Positions 9,277 to 20,369 are shown, numbered from the stretch's first letter. The stretch is 64,000 bases of DNA from an uncultured Chitinophagales bacterium (GCA_964507125.1 CAZDOT010000003.1:916-64915); one strand, 5' to 3'. The notes: generated from the letters alone by a model not told the origin. Numbers and translations: made by a program.

Positions 9277-10614
9277 ATGAAAGAGAAAATAGTCATATTA
9301 GGTAGTGGTGAAAGCGGCGTAGGTGCTGCCATCTTAGCACAAAAGCAAGGTGCCGATGTATTTGTATCTGATTTTGGCACTATCAAACCAGCTTATAAAG
9401 AAGAATTGGCTTCTCGTGGAATTTCATTTGAAGAAGGAAAACATACAGAAGACATTATCTTATCGGCAACAACAATAATTAAAAGTCCTGGAATTGCAGA
9501 TAAAGTTGCCATCGTAAAAAAAATAAAAGAAAAAAATATTCCAATTATCTCTGAGATAGAATACGGTTATCGATATTCTAAAGCAACTATTATTGCTATC
9601 ACAGGCACAAACGGAAAAACCACCACTACTTCTCTCACCTATCATATCTTGGAAAAAGCCGGATTAGATGTTGGATTAGGTGGCAATATCGGAACATCAT
9701 TTGCAAGGCAAGTGGCCGATGGCGACAGAGCATATTTTGTGTTGGAGTTAAGTAGTTTTCAATTAGATAACTGCATCACCTTCAAACCACATATTGCTAT
9801 ACTTTGCAACATCACCGAAGATCATTTAGATAGATATGATTATAAGTTTGAAAAGTACATTCAATCTAAATTTAGCATCACTAAAAACCAAACTGAACAA
9901 GATTATTTTATTTATTGTGAAGATGATGCTGTTACCTTGCAACATCTAAACAAAGCCAATCCGAACGTACAAAAAATCCCATTTTCTTATCATAAAGAAA
10001 TACAAAATGGTGCATTCGTATCCAATCAAGAAATTATTATACAACTCAATAAAAACAACTTTACTATGCCAATCAGCGAATTATCTATCCAAGGAATCCA
10101 CAATTCCTACAACTCTATGGCTGCTGCCATTTCTGCAAAATTAGTAGGCGTACGCAACGAAAAAATCCGTGAAAGTTTAGAAGATTTCAAAAACTTAGAA
10201 CACCGTTTGGAATTTGTTGCCACTATCAAAGGTGTAGATTTTATTAATGATTCCAAAGCAACCAACGTAAACTCTACTTGGTATGCATTAGAGTCTATGA
10301 CAAAACCAACTGTTTTAATTGCAGGTGGCGTAGACAAAGGAAATGATTACACTTTAATAAAAGACTTAGTGAACAGTCGTGTAAAAGCCATCATTTGTTT
10401 AGGTAAAGACAATGAAAAATTACACGAAGCCTTTGCATCAGAAGTAGGTTATATCGTTGACACACAAAGCATGGAACAAGCTGTACAAATGGCATACAAC
10501 ATCAGCGAAAAAGGAGATGTCGTACTATTATCACCTTGCTGTGCCTCTTTTGATTTATTTGAAAATTACGAAGACAGAGGCAAACAATTCAAAAGAAATG
10601 TAATGAACTTATAA
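9277..10614 (+). CDS. murD: UDP-N-acetylmuramoylalanine--D-glutamate ligase MurD
   Basis: 445 aa with the [10 protein letters not shown] motif. Confidence 0.95.
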   Translation: MKEKIVILGSGESGVGAAILAQKQGADVFVSDFGTIKPAYKEELASRGISFEEGKHTEDIILSATTIIKSPGIADKVAIVKKIKEKNIPIISEIEYGYRYSKATIIAITGTNGKTTTTSLTYHILEKAGLDVGLGGNIGTSFARQVADGDRAYFVLELSSFQLDNCITFKPHIAILCNITEDHLDRYDYKFEKYIQSKFSITKNQTEQDYFIYCEDDAVTLQHLNKANPNVQKIPFSYHKEIQNGAFVSNQEIIIQLNKNNFTMPISELSIQGIHNSYNSMAAAISAKLVGVRNEKIRESLEDFKNLEHRLEFVATIKGVDFINDSKATNVNSTWYALESMTKPTVLIAGGVDKGNDYTLIKDLVNSRVKAIICLGKDNEKLHEAFASEVGYIVDTQSMEQAVQMAYNISEKGDVVLLSPCCASFDLFENYEDRGKQFKRNVMNL

Positions 10615-10627
10615 AAAAAGAGACAGC

Positions 10628-11833
10628 ATGCTAAGTAGAATAAGAGACAATATTAAAGGAGATAAATACATCTGGTATGTCATTGGCATACTCAGCATTA
10701 TCTCTATTTTATTGGTATATAGTTCTACACGCTCTTTAGCATATAAAGATATGCAAGGAAATACCGAGTATTATTTATTCCGACATGGCTTTATATTACT
10801 CGCCGGATTGGGTATCATCTATTTAGTACATCAAATAGACCACCGTTACTTTTCTCGCATTGCACAAATGATGTTATTCTTGGCGGTTCCTTTATTAGTA
10901 TATACCAAATTTTTTGGTGTTACAATTAATGAAGCCAGCCGATGGGTACGCATCCCGATAATTGGATTAACCTTCCAATCATCTGATTTTGCAAAATTAG
11001 CTTTAATCATGTACACATCAAGAACCTTATCAAAAAAGCAAGGCGTAATTAAAAACATGACGGAAGTATTGAAGCATTTAATGTTGCCAATAGGCGTTAT
11101 TTGTGGTTTAATAATGTTTGATAATTTTTCATCTGCAGGTATCTTATTTGCTACTTGTATCGTTGTTTTATTTATTGGAAGAGTAAGTACCAAGTTCATT
11201 GTTGCCATTGGCATTGGCGGCATTATATTGGGAGCTATCGTATTTGCTAGTATATGGTTTTTTGTGGAAGATCATGGACGTGCTGACGAATGGATTAGCC
11301 GTGTAGAACACTGGGTTCATCCGAATGATGATGCAGATGAGTTTTATCAACAAAAACAAGCTTACATTGCCATTGCAAAAGGCGGATTAGTGCGTTTTGC
11401 TCCAGGAAAATCAACGCAGTGTAATTTTTTACCGGATGCATTTTCCGATTTTATCTATGCCACATTAATTGAAGAATACGGATTATTAGGCGGTGCATTT
11501 GTGTTGTTCATGTATTTGTTTTTGCTATGGCGAATTATCTTATTACTCAAAAAATCCAAAAAAGCATTTGGTGCATTGATGGCTGTTGGTTTAGGCATTA
11601 GTATCGTATTACAAGCCATCATTCACATGGGCGTAAATGTTCATTTATTGCCCAACACCGGTATCACCTTACCTCTTATCAGTTGGGGTGGAACGAGTAT
11701 TTGGTTTAATGCTTTTGCTTTTGGAATTATTTTGAGTGTAAGTAGATATATCGATGAAAGAGAAAACGAAACGACCAACACATCTACTACAAAAAAAGAA
11801 AAAACAAAAGTGGTAGATGAAATTCATGGTTAA
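10628..11833 (+). CDS. ftsW: SEDS-family peptidoglycan polymerase FtsW
   Basis: 401 aa polytopic FtsW/RodA/SpoVE-type sequence in the dcw position. Confidence 0.92.
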   Translation: MLSRIRDNIKGDKYIWYVIGILSIISILLVYSSTRSLAYKDMQGNTEYYLFRHGFILLAGLGIIYLVHQIDHRYFSRIAQMMLFLAVPLLVYTKFFGVTINEASRWVRIPIIGLTFQSSDFAKLALIMYTSRTLSKKQGVIKNMTEVLKHLMLPIGVICGLIMFDNFSSAGILFATCIVVLFIGRVSTKFIVAIGIGGIILGAIVFASIWFFVEDHGRADEWISRVEHWVHPNDDADEFYQQKQAYIAIAKGGLVRFAPGKSTQCNFLPDAFSDFIYATLIEEYGLLGGAFVLFMYLFLLWRIILLLKKSKKAFGALMAVGLGISIVLQAIIHMGVNVHLLPNTGITLPLISWGGTSIWFNAFAFGIILSVSRYIDERENETTNTSTTKKEKTKVVDEIHG

Positions 11834-11853
11834 AAATTTTAGAATAAAAATAG

Positions 11854-12978
11854 TTGAATAAAAATTTACATAACGAACAACGTGCACCGCGATACATCAT
11901 CGCAGGTGGTGGCACCGGCGGACACATCTTTCCGGCAGTAGCTATTGCGGATGCTTTGAAACAACAACAACCCAACTGCGAGATATTATTCGTAGGGGCA
12001 AGTGGTAGAATGGAAATGGAAAAAGTGCCTCAAGCCGGATATGAGATTGTTGGTTTGGAAGTTGTAGGTTTGCAACGTAGCCTAACCATTAAAAATTTAT
12101 TTTTCCCATTCAAGCTTTTAAAAAGTTTATTTCAAGCATTCAGTGTTGTTCGCCGATTTAAACCCAATGCATGTATTGGTGTTGGTGGTTATGCAAGTGG
12201 GCCTGTATTATTTATTGCAGCACTTTTAGGAATAAACATTTTTATACAAGAACAAAATTCGTATCCGGGCATTACCAATAAAATTTTATCCAAATTTGCT
12301 CAAAAAATATTTGTAGCATACGATAACTTATCTGCATTTTTTAATCCAAGTAAGATAATACTAACGGGCAATCCCGTACGAAAAGACATCACAGCCACCT
12401 TACCGAGTAAAGAAGATGCACTTAACTTTTTTCAATTGAATAAAGAAAAAAAGACTGTTTTAGTAATTGGTGGTAGTTTGGGTGCCAGAACAATTAACGA
12501 GGCCATAGAATTAAATGTTGATTTATTTTCTACTAACAACATACAAGTACTTTGGCAAACAGGCAAAGTGTATTACGATGGTATCATTGAACGCACTAAA
12601 AACAAAAACACTACAGACATTAGAATTCATCAATTTATTAAGGAGATGAATTATGCATATGCAGCTGCTGATATAATTATCTCGCGAGCCGGAGCATTAT
12701 CCATATCTGAATTATGTATCATCGGCAAGCCGGCTATTTTTATTCCATCGCCAAATGTTTCTGAAGATCATCAAACAAAAAATGCTATGGCATTAGTGCA
12801 AAAAGAAGCAGCCGTATTGGTGAAAGATAATGAAGCAAAAGATACGCTCGGTGTGGTGCTGTTGAACATATTAAAAGATGGAAACAAGCAACAAGCATTA
12901 GCAACGAATATTCGCAGTTTAGCAAAAACGAATGCTGCCAATGAAATTGTAAATAACATTATACAACACAATAAATAA
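11854..12978 (+). CDS. murG: UDP-GlcNAc:lipid I GlcNAc transferase MurG
   Basis: 374 aa with AGGGTGGHIFP. The start codon at 11854 is TTG, and there is no in-frame ATG upstream of the G-loop. Confidence 0.93.
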   Translation: MNKNLHNEQRAPRYIIAGGGTGGHIFPAVAIADALKQQQPNCEILFVGASGRMEMEKVPQAGYEIVGLEVVGLQRSLTIKNLFFPFKLLKSLFQAFSVVRRFKPNACIGVGGYASGPVLFIAALLGINIFIQEQNSYPGITNKILSKFAQKIFVAYDNLSAFFNPSKIILTGNPVRKDITATLPSKEDALNFFQLNKEKKTVLVIGGSLGARTINEAIELNVDLFSTNNIQVLWQTGKVYYDGIIERTKNKNTTDIRIHQFIKEMNYAYAAADIIISRAGALSISELCIIGKPAIFIPSPNVSEDHQTKNAMALVQKEAAVLVKDNEAKDTLGVVLLNILKDGNKQQALATNIRSLAKTNAANEIVNNIIQHNK

Positions 12979-13005
12979 AAACATTCCATTTTATAATTAT
13001 AAAAA

Positions 13006-14367
13006 ATGATTGACTTAAATAACATACAACGCATTTATTTTCTTGGCATCGGCGGTATTGGCATGAGTGCGTTGGCACGCTATTTTAATTTGCACGGCAA
13101 AGTAGTTTCCGGTTATGATAAAACACCGACAACACTAACCGATGCTTTAATTAAAGAAGGTATCGAAATCACGTTTGAAGATAATTTAGACACCTTAGAC
13201 AAGAAAGCTGATTTAATCATTTTCACACCGGCAATTCCCAAAAATCATCTTCAGTACAATTGGTATTTACAAAATAATTATACTGTTTTAAAACGTGCAC
13301 AAATATTAGGATTAGCAGCCAATTCCATGTTTAACATTTCTATTGGTGGCTCGCATGGAAAAACATCCACATCATCTATTACAGCACATATTTTAAAAAC
13401 TGCCAATAAAAGTGTTGCAGCATTTTTAGGCGGTATCTGCATCAACTTTAATTCTAATTTTATAGATGGCAACGAATATGCAGTTGCCGAAGCTGATGAG
13501 TTCGATCGTTCTTTCTTGAATTTAGAACCCAACATCGCATTGATAACCTCTGTAGATACAGACCATTTAGATATTTATGGCAATTTGGATGCGATTGAAC
13601 AATCGTTCCGACAATTCTGCAACAAAGTAAGACCGAATGGAATTTTAATTACGCACAGTGCGGTTACAGATAGAATAATCAATAAAAATGTTACACATTT
13701 AAAATATAGCTTAAACGACACAACTGCTGATTTTCATGCAATCAACTTAGAAATTAATGATGGTGCGTACACTTTTGATGTAGTGCATCCAAAAGGAATA
13801 ATACAAAATATCACATCCTATTACGGTGGAAAACACAATATCGAAAATGCCATAGGTGCCATCGCCATAGCAGTAAATATTAATATTTCAGATGATGACA
13901 TCAGAAAAGCTATCTCAACTTTCCAAGGTGTAAAAAGAAGATTCGAAACACAGGTTCGTAATGAGCAACATGTGTACATTGATGATTACGCACATCATCC
14001 ACGCGAATTAGATGCAACAATCGCCGCAGCGAAAGAATTGTATCCAAATAAAAAACTGACAGTTATTTTTCAACCACATTTATTTTCTCGTACCAAAGAT
14101 TTATGTGATGAATTTGCGGCTTCTTTATCTAATGCAGACGAGCTTATTTTATTAGATATTTATCCGGCACGTGAACTACCTATTGAAGGTGTTACCAGCC
14201 AAATAATCTTAGACAAAGTAAGTATTCCAAACAAACGAATCGTATCTAAACAAGCATTGATAGCCACATTACAACAAGAAGAAAAAATCGAAGTATTACT
14301 TACTGTAGGTGCCGGTGATATTGATACAAAAGTTTCTGAAATAAAAAATCTACTCAAAACGAAATAA
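13006..14367 (+). CDS. murC: UDP-N-acetylmuramate--L-alanine ligase MurC
   Basis: 453 aa with GIGGIGMSALA and GGSHGKTSTS motifs. Confidence 0.95.
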   Translation: MIDLNNIQRIYFLGIGGIGMSALARYFNLHGKVVSGYDKTPTTLTDALIKEGIEITFEDNLDTLDKKADLIIFTPAIPKNHLQYNWYLQNNYTVLKRAQILGLAANSMFNISIGGSHGKTSTSSITAHILKTANKSVAAFLGGICINFNSNFIDGNEYAVAEADEFDRSFLNLEPNIALITSVDTDHLDIYGNLDAIEQSFRQFCNKVRPNGILITHSAVTDRIINKNVTHLKYSLNDTTADFHAINLEINDGAYTFDVVHPKGIIQNITSYYGGKHNIENAIGAIAIAVNINISDDDIRKAISTFQGVKRRFETQVRNEQHVYIDDYAHHPRELDATIAAAKELYPNKKLTVIFQPHLFSRTKDLCDEFAASLSNADELILLDIYPARELPIEGVTSQIILDKVSIPNKRIVSKQALIATLQQEEKIEVLLTVGAGDIDTKVSEIKNLLKTK

Positions 14368-14375
14368 AAATTATT

Positions 14376-15143
14376 GTGAATAAAACCGTTAAAAATATTA
14401 TACTACGAATTTCCATTTTATTGGGAATACTAGTATTTATTGGGTTAATGGTATTGGCAAAAATCAATAGAGATAACAGTAAAATAAAAACGATTCGTGT
14501 TGAAATAGATGATTTGAACGGACTGTTTTTTACGAATGAAGAGCAAGTATTAACTACGCTAAACAATAGATTTGATGTGTTAGGAAAAAATTTGTCCGGA
14601 AAAAGTTTAGAAAAAATTGAGCAATCGCTTTATATCATTCCACAAGTAAAAGCAGCTAATGCATTTACAGATGACCAAGGAAATCTCAACATAAAAATTG
14701 TACAACGCGTTCCACTTTTTAGAGTGTACAACTTGCAAGGAAATTCTTTTTATGTAGATGAGCACAAAATAAAATTTTCTACCACACCAAATTTCACGGC
14801 AAAAGTGCCAATTGTAAATGGAAAAATAATGGAGCGAATGGACTCAACACAGCAGCAAATACAGGCAGTTGAGCTTAAAAGAGTCTATCGAATTATTAAA
14901 GCCGTGCAAGAAAATAAAGTATGGAATGCACTCATTGGACAGTATTATATCAACGAAAAAAATCAGATAGAATTAATTCCACGTTTTGGTACGGCAACCA
15001 TTTTGGTGGGTGACGATAAGAACATCGAACAAAGATTAAAACAGTTAGAAATTTTTTATTTTGATGTATTGAAGAAAGTAGGATGGAATTATTACAAGGT
15101 TATAAACATAATGTATAAAAATCAAGTCGTTTGTTTAAAATAA
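14376..15143 (+). CDS. ftsQ: cell division protein FtsQ/DivIB
   Basis: 255 aa with an N-terminal TM segment and POTRA-like region. GTG start at 14376; located between murC and ftsA. Confidence 0.8.
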   Translation: MNKTVKNIILRISILLGILVFIGLMVLAKINRDNSKIKTIRVEIDDLNGLFFTNEEQVLTTLNNRFDVLGKNLSGKSLEKIEQSLYIIPQVKAANAFTDDQGNLNIKIVQRVPLFRVYNLQGNSFYVDEHKIKFSTTPNFTAKVPIVNGKIMERMDSTQQQIQAVELKRVYRIIKAVQENKVWNALIGQYYINEKNQIELIPRFGTATILVGDDKNIEQRLKQLEIFYFDVLKKVGWNYYKVINIMYKNQVVCLK

Positions 15144-15154
15144 AAATATGAAAT

Positions 15155-16666
15155 ATGCAATTTGAAAAAGTATCAAACTCTGCTATGGAAAAAGTATTAG
15201 CAAACCCAACAGAAAACATCGTATGTGCCATTGATATTGGCACATCAAAAATTGCTGCATTAGTTGGCAGAAGAAATCAATTCAATAAAATTGAAATTTT
15301 AGGAATTGGTAATTGTCCATCTTTTGGTGTGCAACGTGGTGTAGTTGTCAATATTGCTAAAACGGTTGATGCCATTCGCAAAGCGGTCATGGATGCAGAG
15401 CGTCAATCCGGAATTAAATTTACTAAAGTACATGTTGGTATTGCAGGTCAACACATCAAAAGTATCCAACATCGCGGTATTCTTACACGCAACAACAATG
15501 ATACTTGGATTAACTACGACGATATCAAAAAACTAAAAGATGAAATGTATAAATTGGCATTGCCACCGGGCGATCGTATTTTACACGTTTTACCGCAAGA
15601 GTATATTGTAGATAACGAGCCGGGCATTCACAACGAACCTATTGGTATGATGGGCATTCGATTGGAAGGAAATTTCCATATCATCACCGGTGCCGAAACT
15701 GCTATCAAAAATATTGAACGTTGTATCATCGTTGCAGGCTTAGAAGTTGCCAGCATCGAGTTAGAACCATTAGCATCTGCCGATGCTGTATTGAGCAACG
15801 AAGAATTGGAAGCCGGTGTTTGCTTAGTAGATATCGGTGGTGGAACAACAGATATTGCTATTTTTGAAAATCATGTTATCCGACACACGGCGGTTATTCC
15901 ATTTGGTGGAAATATCATCACGGAAGATTTAAAAGATTTTAAAATATTAAGAGAACAAGCAGAATTACTAAAAGTACGTTATGGCAGTGCCATTCCATTT
16001 GAAGAATTAAAAAACAAACACGTTTCCATGCAAGGCGAAGGCAGCAGAGCAATTGGAAAAAGTGAAGTAAACTTATTAGCCGTATCCAAAGTAATATCTG
16101 CTAGAATGAAAGAAATTTTAGCACATGTAAACTATCAAATTAGTTTATCTAAATACAGTAAAAAATTAATTGGTGGTGTTGTATTAACCGGCGGTGGTTC
16201 TCAATTAAAACACTTAACTCAATTAACAGAAAAAGAAACCGGACAAAGTGCACGGTTAGGTTTGCCTAAAGAGCATTTAGTAGCATCTAAAAATCCGGAT
16301 ATCGAAAGTCCGATTTATGCTACAGGTATTGGTTTATTGATACGTGCATTTAAAATAAAAGATGAAGAAGCACTTTGCAATGAAGAAAACAACCAATTGG
16401 ATATCGTAACGCAAGAAGAAATAAAAGTGGAAACAGGAAAAACAACCACTCCTATTGCTGCAGATACAATAGTGAATGTAGACGAACCCGTAGAAAAAAC
16501 ACAAGAGGAAGTATTGGAAGCAGCAACGACAACTACTTTTAAAGAAGAAGCAAAAGAAAAAGAATCTATAAGACAAGACATAACTAGACCATCATTTATA
16601 TCTACACTTAGTAAACGTTTAAACACGTGGATTAAATCGGATTTAGATGATTTTGAAAGTAAATAA
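15155..16666 (+). CDS. ftsA: cell division protein FtsA
   Basis: 503 aa actin-fold protein (AIDIGTSKI, VDIGGGTTDI, LTGGGSQL) with a long acidic linker before a C-terminal amphipathic tail. Confidence 0.95.
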   Translation: MQFEKVSNSAMEKVLANPTENIVCAIDIGTSKIAALVGRRNQFNKIEILGIGNCPSFGVQRGVVVNIAKTVDAIRKAVMDAERQSGIKFTKVHVGIAGQHIKSIQHRGILTRNNNDTWINYDDIKKLKDEMYKLALPPGDRILHVLPQEYIVDNEPGIHNEPIGMMGIRLEGNFHIITGAETAIKNIERCIIVAGLEVASIELEPLASADAVLSNEELEAGVCLVDIGGGTTDIAIFENHVIRHTAVIPFGGNIITEDLKDFKILREQAELLKVRYGSAIPFEELKNKHVSMQGEGSRAIGKSEVNLLAVSKVISARMKEILAHVNYQISLSKYSKKLIGGVVLTGGGSQLKHLTQLTEKETGQSARLGLPKEHLVASKNPDIESPIYATGIGLLIRAFKIKDEEALCNEENNQLDIVTQEEIKVETGKTTTPIAADTIVNVDEPVEKTQEEVLEAATTTTFKEEAKEKESIRQDITRPSFISTLSKRLNTWIKSDLDDFESK

Positions 16667-16686
16667 TAACCATAAAAATTTAGAAA

Positions 16687-18369
16687 ATGGAATTTGAAAT
16701 GTTCACAGAAAATAGCTCCATCATCAAAGTATTAGGTGTTGGTGGTGGCGGTTGCAACGCTGTAAATTATATGTACGAGCAAGGCATTCCGGGCGTAAAT
16801 TTTGGTGTATGCAACACCGACAAACAAGATTTATTGAAAAGTCCGGTACCTACAAAGATACAATTAGGCACCAACCTTTTAGAAGGTTTAGGTGCTGGTG
16901 CTGATCCGGAAGAAGGAAGACGTGCCGCTTTAGAAGCGGAAGAAGAAATACGCATGTATTTATCAAACAATACCAAAATGGTATTTGTTACCGCAGGTAT
17001 GGGTGGTGGAACCGGAACCGGTGGTGCACCTATCGTTGCAAAAATTGCTAAAGAATTAGGAATCCTTACCGTGGGCATTGTTACTATTCCATTTACCAAT
17101 GAAGGCAAACCCAAACGCGATAAAGCAGAACGTGGTATCCAAAACATGAAAGAGAATGTGGATGCATTAATCGTTGTTTCTAACAATAAACTTTACGATA
17201 TTTTTCCGGATATCGATATTGATGATGCATTTTCAAAAGCAGATGACATCTTAACCACTGCAGCAAAAGGTATTACAGAAATCATTACCAAACCGGGCAA
17301 AATAAATGTGGACTTCAACGACGTAAAAAGAGTGATGTCTAACAGTGGTGTAGCAATTATTGGTATTGGTGCCGGCAGTGGCGATAACCGTGCACAAGAT
17401 GCTATTAACGAAGCAATGAACTCACCATTGTTGGAAGATGCAGATATTTATGGTGCAAAAGGTGTTGTGTTGTATATCTCGTATGGTTCCGGCATTAAAA
17501 TGCGCGAGTTAGATTTGATTACAGAATCCATACAAGCTCAAACACAAACCGATTGCGAAATTATTTGGGGTGTTTGTAAAGATGAATCGTTAGGTGATAA
17601 CATTGCTATTACTTTAGTAGCTACCGGATTTCAAAGTGGTGAAAGTAGCAAAGAACGCAGACAAGTACAACGCATGAAAGAAAATAAAGTGGTGTACACA
17701 TTGCAAACAAACCAACAAACAACAACAGTAGAAAATAAAACAGAAAAAACCATTGTTTCTGACAAGGAAACACCAACCGCAAATGCAGATAGAGAAATGG
17801 TAGGTGTGATAGAAAGTGCAAAAAGACAAGAGCCAATTATCGAAAATATTCAACCAACAAATGAAAGCATTCAAGAGGAAATGGAGTTGGATGTAGACGA
17901 TGAGGAAGATACATTTATCCTTTCTTTAGATTCAGAAAAAAAAACAAATGAGATAGAATTAGAGATAGAAAATCCATCTCCTAAATTTGATATTCAATTG
18001 GTAGATAAGCCGAGGAATAATTTCATTAATGAGATTGATGAAGATACGAAAGCAACTGCTACCATAGACCATCAGTTTACTTTATTTGAAACACCCTCTA
18101 ATCTGGAAGTGAAAAGTGGTGCTATCGAGAAACAAGATTTAGAGCGCGATTTGATAAAAAAACGCATCACCTTGGATATGGAAAAACACCATATCAGCAT
18201 TTATGAATTAGAGAAAGAACCGGCTTACAAAAGATATGGTTTGGAATTAGACAACAACATCCAATCAGATGAATCTAATTTCTCTAATTATATCATTTAT
18301 AATAATTCAGAAGATCCAACGAAAATAGAGATTCGTCCGAACGCCATGAAGGACATTACACTCGATTAA
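16687..18369 (+). CDS. ftsZ: cell division GTPase FtsZ
   Basis: 560 aa with GVGGGGCNAV and GGGTGTGGAP tubulin-signature motifs, a long acidic linker and a C-terminal EPAYKRYG peptide. Confidence 0.97.
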   Translation: MEFEMFTENSSIIKVLGVGGGGCNAVNYMYEQGIPGVNFGVCNTDKQDLLKSPVPTKIQLGTNLLEGLGAGADPEEGRRAALEAEEEIRMYLSNNTKMVFVTAGMGGGTGTGGAPIVAKIAKELGILTVGIVTIPFTNEGKPKRDKAERGIQNMKENVDALIVVSNNKLYDIFPDIDIDDAFSKADDILTTAAKGITEIITKPGKINVDFNDVKRVMSNSGVAIIGIGAGSGDNRAQDAINEAMNSPLLEDADIYGAKGVVLYISYGSGIKMRELDLITESIQAQTQTDCEIIWGVCKDESLGDNIAITLVATGFQSGESSKERRQVQRMKENKVVYTLQTNQQTTTVENKTEKTIVSDKETPTANADREMVGVIESAKRQEPIIENIQPTNESIQEEMELDVDDEEDTFILSLDSEKKTNEIELEIENPSPKFDIQLVDKPRNNFINEIDEDTKATATIDHQFTLFETPSNLEVKSGAIEKQDLERDLIKKRITLDMEKHHISIYELEKEPAYKRYGLELDNNIQSDESNFSNYIIYNNSEDPTKIEIRPNAMKDITLD

Positions 18370-18397
18370 ACAAGTATTTTTTTTTGATTCCCCAACT

Positions 18398-18429
18398 GGC
18401 TACATTTTTTAATGTGGCCTTTTTTTTTT
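18398..18429 (+). terminator. rho-independent terminator of the dcw operon
   Basis: Stem GGCTACAT / ATGTGGCC (one G-U pair) with a 6-nt loop, followed by a run of 10 T, 29 nt after the ftsZ stop. Confidence 0.75.
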
Positions 18430-18485
18430 GCAGGAAGGGCAAGGGACAACTATTTAAAGCCCCCGTATTCGTTACACTAACAACA

Positions 18486-19184
18486 TTATTTGTGGTCGTG
18501 TTTAACGGCTTTCATCTGTATTAAATCTACCAAGAAAGCAAATGCCATAGAGAAATAAATGTAGCCTTTCGGAATTTCAAAATGCATTCCTTCTGCTATT
18601 AAGGAAACACCAATCATCATTAAGAAACACAATGCTAATATTTTAAAAGATGGATGTTTTTTGATGAAATCGCCAATAGGTTTTGATGCTATCAACATGA
18701 TACCAACGGTAATTATCACTGCCGTGTACATTACCCATAATTCTTTTACCATACCTACAGCCGTAATAATAGAATCCACTGAGAATACTAAATCCAACAA
18801 GACAATCTCTGCTAACAAGCGAGGAAAACCAGCTTTTTTGGGTACATCTTCCAATCCTTCTTCTTTGGTTTCTGTTTTATGATATATTTCTTTGGTACTC
18901 TTATAAATCAAGAATAATCCACCCGAAATCAATATCAAACCTTTACCGGAGAAATCAATATCTAATATGGTAAATAAAGTAGTATCTAATTTTAAAATCC
19001 ATGAAATGGCTGTTAATAATGCTAACCGCATCACCATTGCCAACAATAAACCGGTAACGCGTAATTTGTTTCGTTGTTCGTCGGGTAATCTATCGGATAA
19101 AATGGAAATGAAGATGATATTATCTATACCTAAAATTACTTCTAAAGCAATCAAGGTTACTAAAGGTACTATTGCATCCACCAT
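18486..19184 (-). CDS. TerC-family integral membrane protein
   Basis: 232 aa polytopic protein with LGIDNIIFISI and FSVDSIITAVG motifs. Confidence 0.85.
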   Translation of the reverse strand: MVDAIVPLVTLIALEVILGIDNIIFISILSDRLPDEQRNKLRVTGLLLAMVMRLALLTAISWILKLDTTLFTILDIDFSGKGLILISGGLFLIYKSTKEIYHKTETKEEGLEDVPKKAGFPRLLAEIVLLDLVFSVDSIITAVGMVKELWVMYTAVIITVGIMLIASKPIGDFIKKHPSFKILALCFLMMIGVSLIAEGMHFEIPKGYIYFSMAFAFLVDLIQMKAVKHDHK

Positions 19185-19261
19185 AAAAAATTATATTTTC
19201 AAAAACAAAGAAAATGAAAAATAAGTTCAAATAAAATGAAAAAAATAGTTCAAAGCACGAA

Positions 19262-20356
19262 TTAATTTCCGTCTATCATTTTTAAGAAATCATCGAACAA
19301 ATAACGAGAATCGTGTGGGCCAGGTGCCGCTTCCGGATGGTATTGTACGGCAAATGCCTTTTTACCAATAATTTCCAATCCTTCTACCGAATTATCGTTC
19401 AAATTCACATGTGTCAAACGAGCTTTATCCGAATTTTTCAACGCTTCCATATCAACTGCAAAGCCGTGATTTTGCGTAGTGATTTCGCATTTGCCTGTTT
19501 TCAAATTTTTTACCGGATGATTGCCACCTCTATGTCCGTGATGTAATTTATACGTTGGAACACCTGCTGCTTGTGCTAACATCTGGCTACCTAAGCAAAT
19601 GCCAAATGTTGGATGATTCACATCTAAAACTTTTTTCATGGTATCAATGGCATAATCCATGGTACTTGGGTCGCCGGGGCCGTTAGAAAAGAAAAAGCCA
19701 TCCGGTTGAAAATCAAGCAACTCAGCATATGTAGTTTTTGCCGGAAATACTTTCACCAGACAATCTCTTTCTGTAAAGTTGCGCAATATATTTTTCTTCA
19801 CGCCAAAATCCAATGCTGCAATTCTATACTTCGCTTGCTCATTACCCAAAGTATATGCTGTTTTGGTAGAGATGATAGAAGACAACTCCAAACCTTCCAT
19901 ACTTGGCACTGATTTCAATGTAGCTTTTAGAGCTTCAACGTCTGTATTTCCAGAAGAAACAATGGCATTCATCGCTCCTTTTTCTCGAACGTGACGAACC
20001 ACAGCACGTGTATCAACGCCGGTTATTCCTACTAAATTATTTTCGATGAAATAATCTTCGATAGAGCTATCTGCCTGTTTTCTGGAAAATTGATTGGTAT
20101 AATCTCTACAAATCAAACCAGAAATTTGAATTTGGTCAGATTCAGCTTCTGCTTGTTTAATTCCATAATTACCAACATGTACATTGGTAGAAATTAACAA
20201 CTGACGATAGTAACTTGGATCAGTAAACAATTCCTGATAACCTGTCATAGATGTATTAAAGCAAATTTCGCCGGTTGCAGTACCGATTTTCCCGCAAGCA
20301 TAACCATTAAATATGGCACCATCTTCGAGTAATAATATAGCAGGTGTCTGATTCAT
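19262..20356 (-). CDS. carA: carbamoyl-phosphate synthase small (glutaminase) subunit
   Basis: 364 aa with the GICLGSQ catalytic Cys motif and the HHGHRGGNHPV and QYHPEAAPGP motifs. Confidence 0.95.
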   Translation of the reverse strand: MNQTPAILLLEDGAIFNGYACGKIGTATGEICFNTSMTGYQELFTDPSYYRQLLISTNVHVGNYGIKQAEAESDQIQISGLICRDYTNQFSRKQADSSIEDYFIENNLVGITGVDTRAVVRHVREKGAMNAIVSSGNTDVEALKATLKSVPSMEGLELSSIISTKTAYTLGNEQAKYRIAALDFGVKKNILRNFTERDCLVKVFPAKTTYAELLDFQPDGFFFSNGPGDPSTMDYAIDTMKKVLDVNHPTFGICLGSQMLAQAAGVPTYKLHHGHRGGNHPVKNLKTGKCEITTQNHGFAVDMEALKNSDKARLTHVNLNDNSVEGLEIIGKKAFAVQYHPEAAPGPHDSRYLFDDFLKMIDGN

Positions 20357-20369
20357 AAGATTCGTTTAG

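Noticed and set aside
16767-17186. 139-aa minus-strand ORF inside ftsZ (and similar ones at 54586-54930 inside guaB and 10846-11223 inside ftsW)
   Set aside because: These are antisense shadows of Gly/Ala-rich conserved coding regions. Their translations are Pro/Ala/Thr-rich with no recognisable domain.
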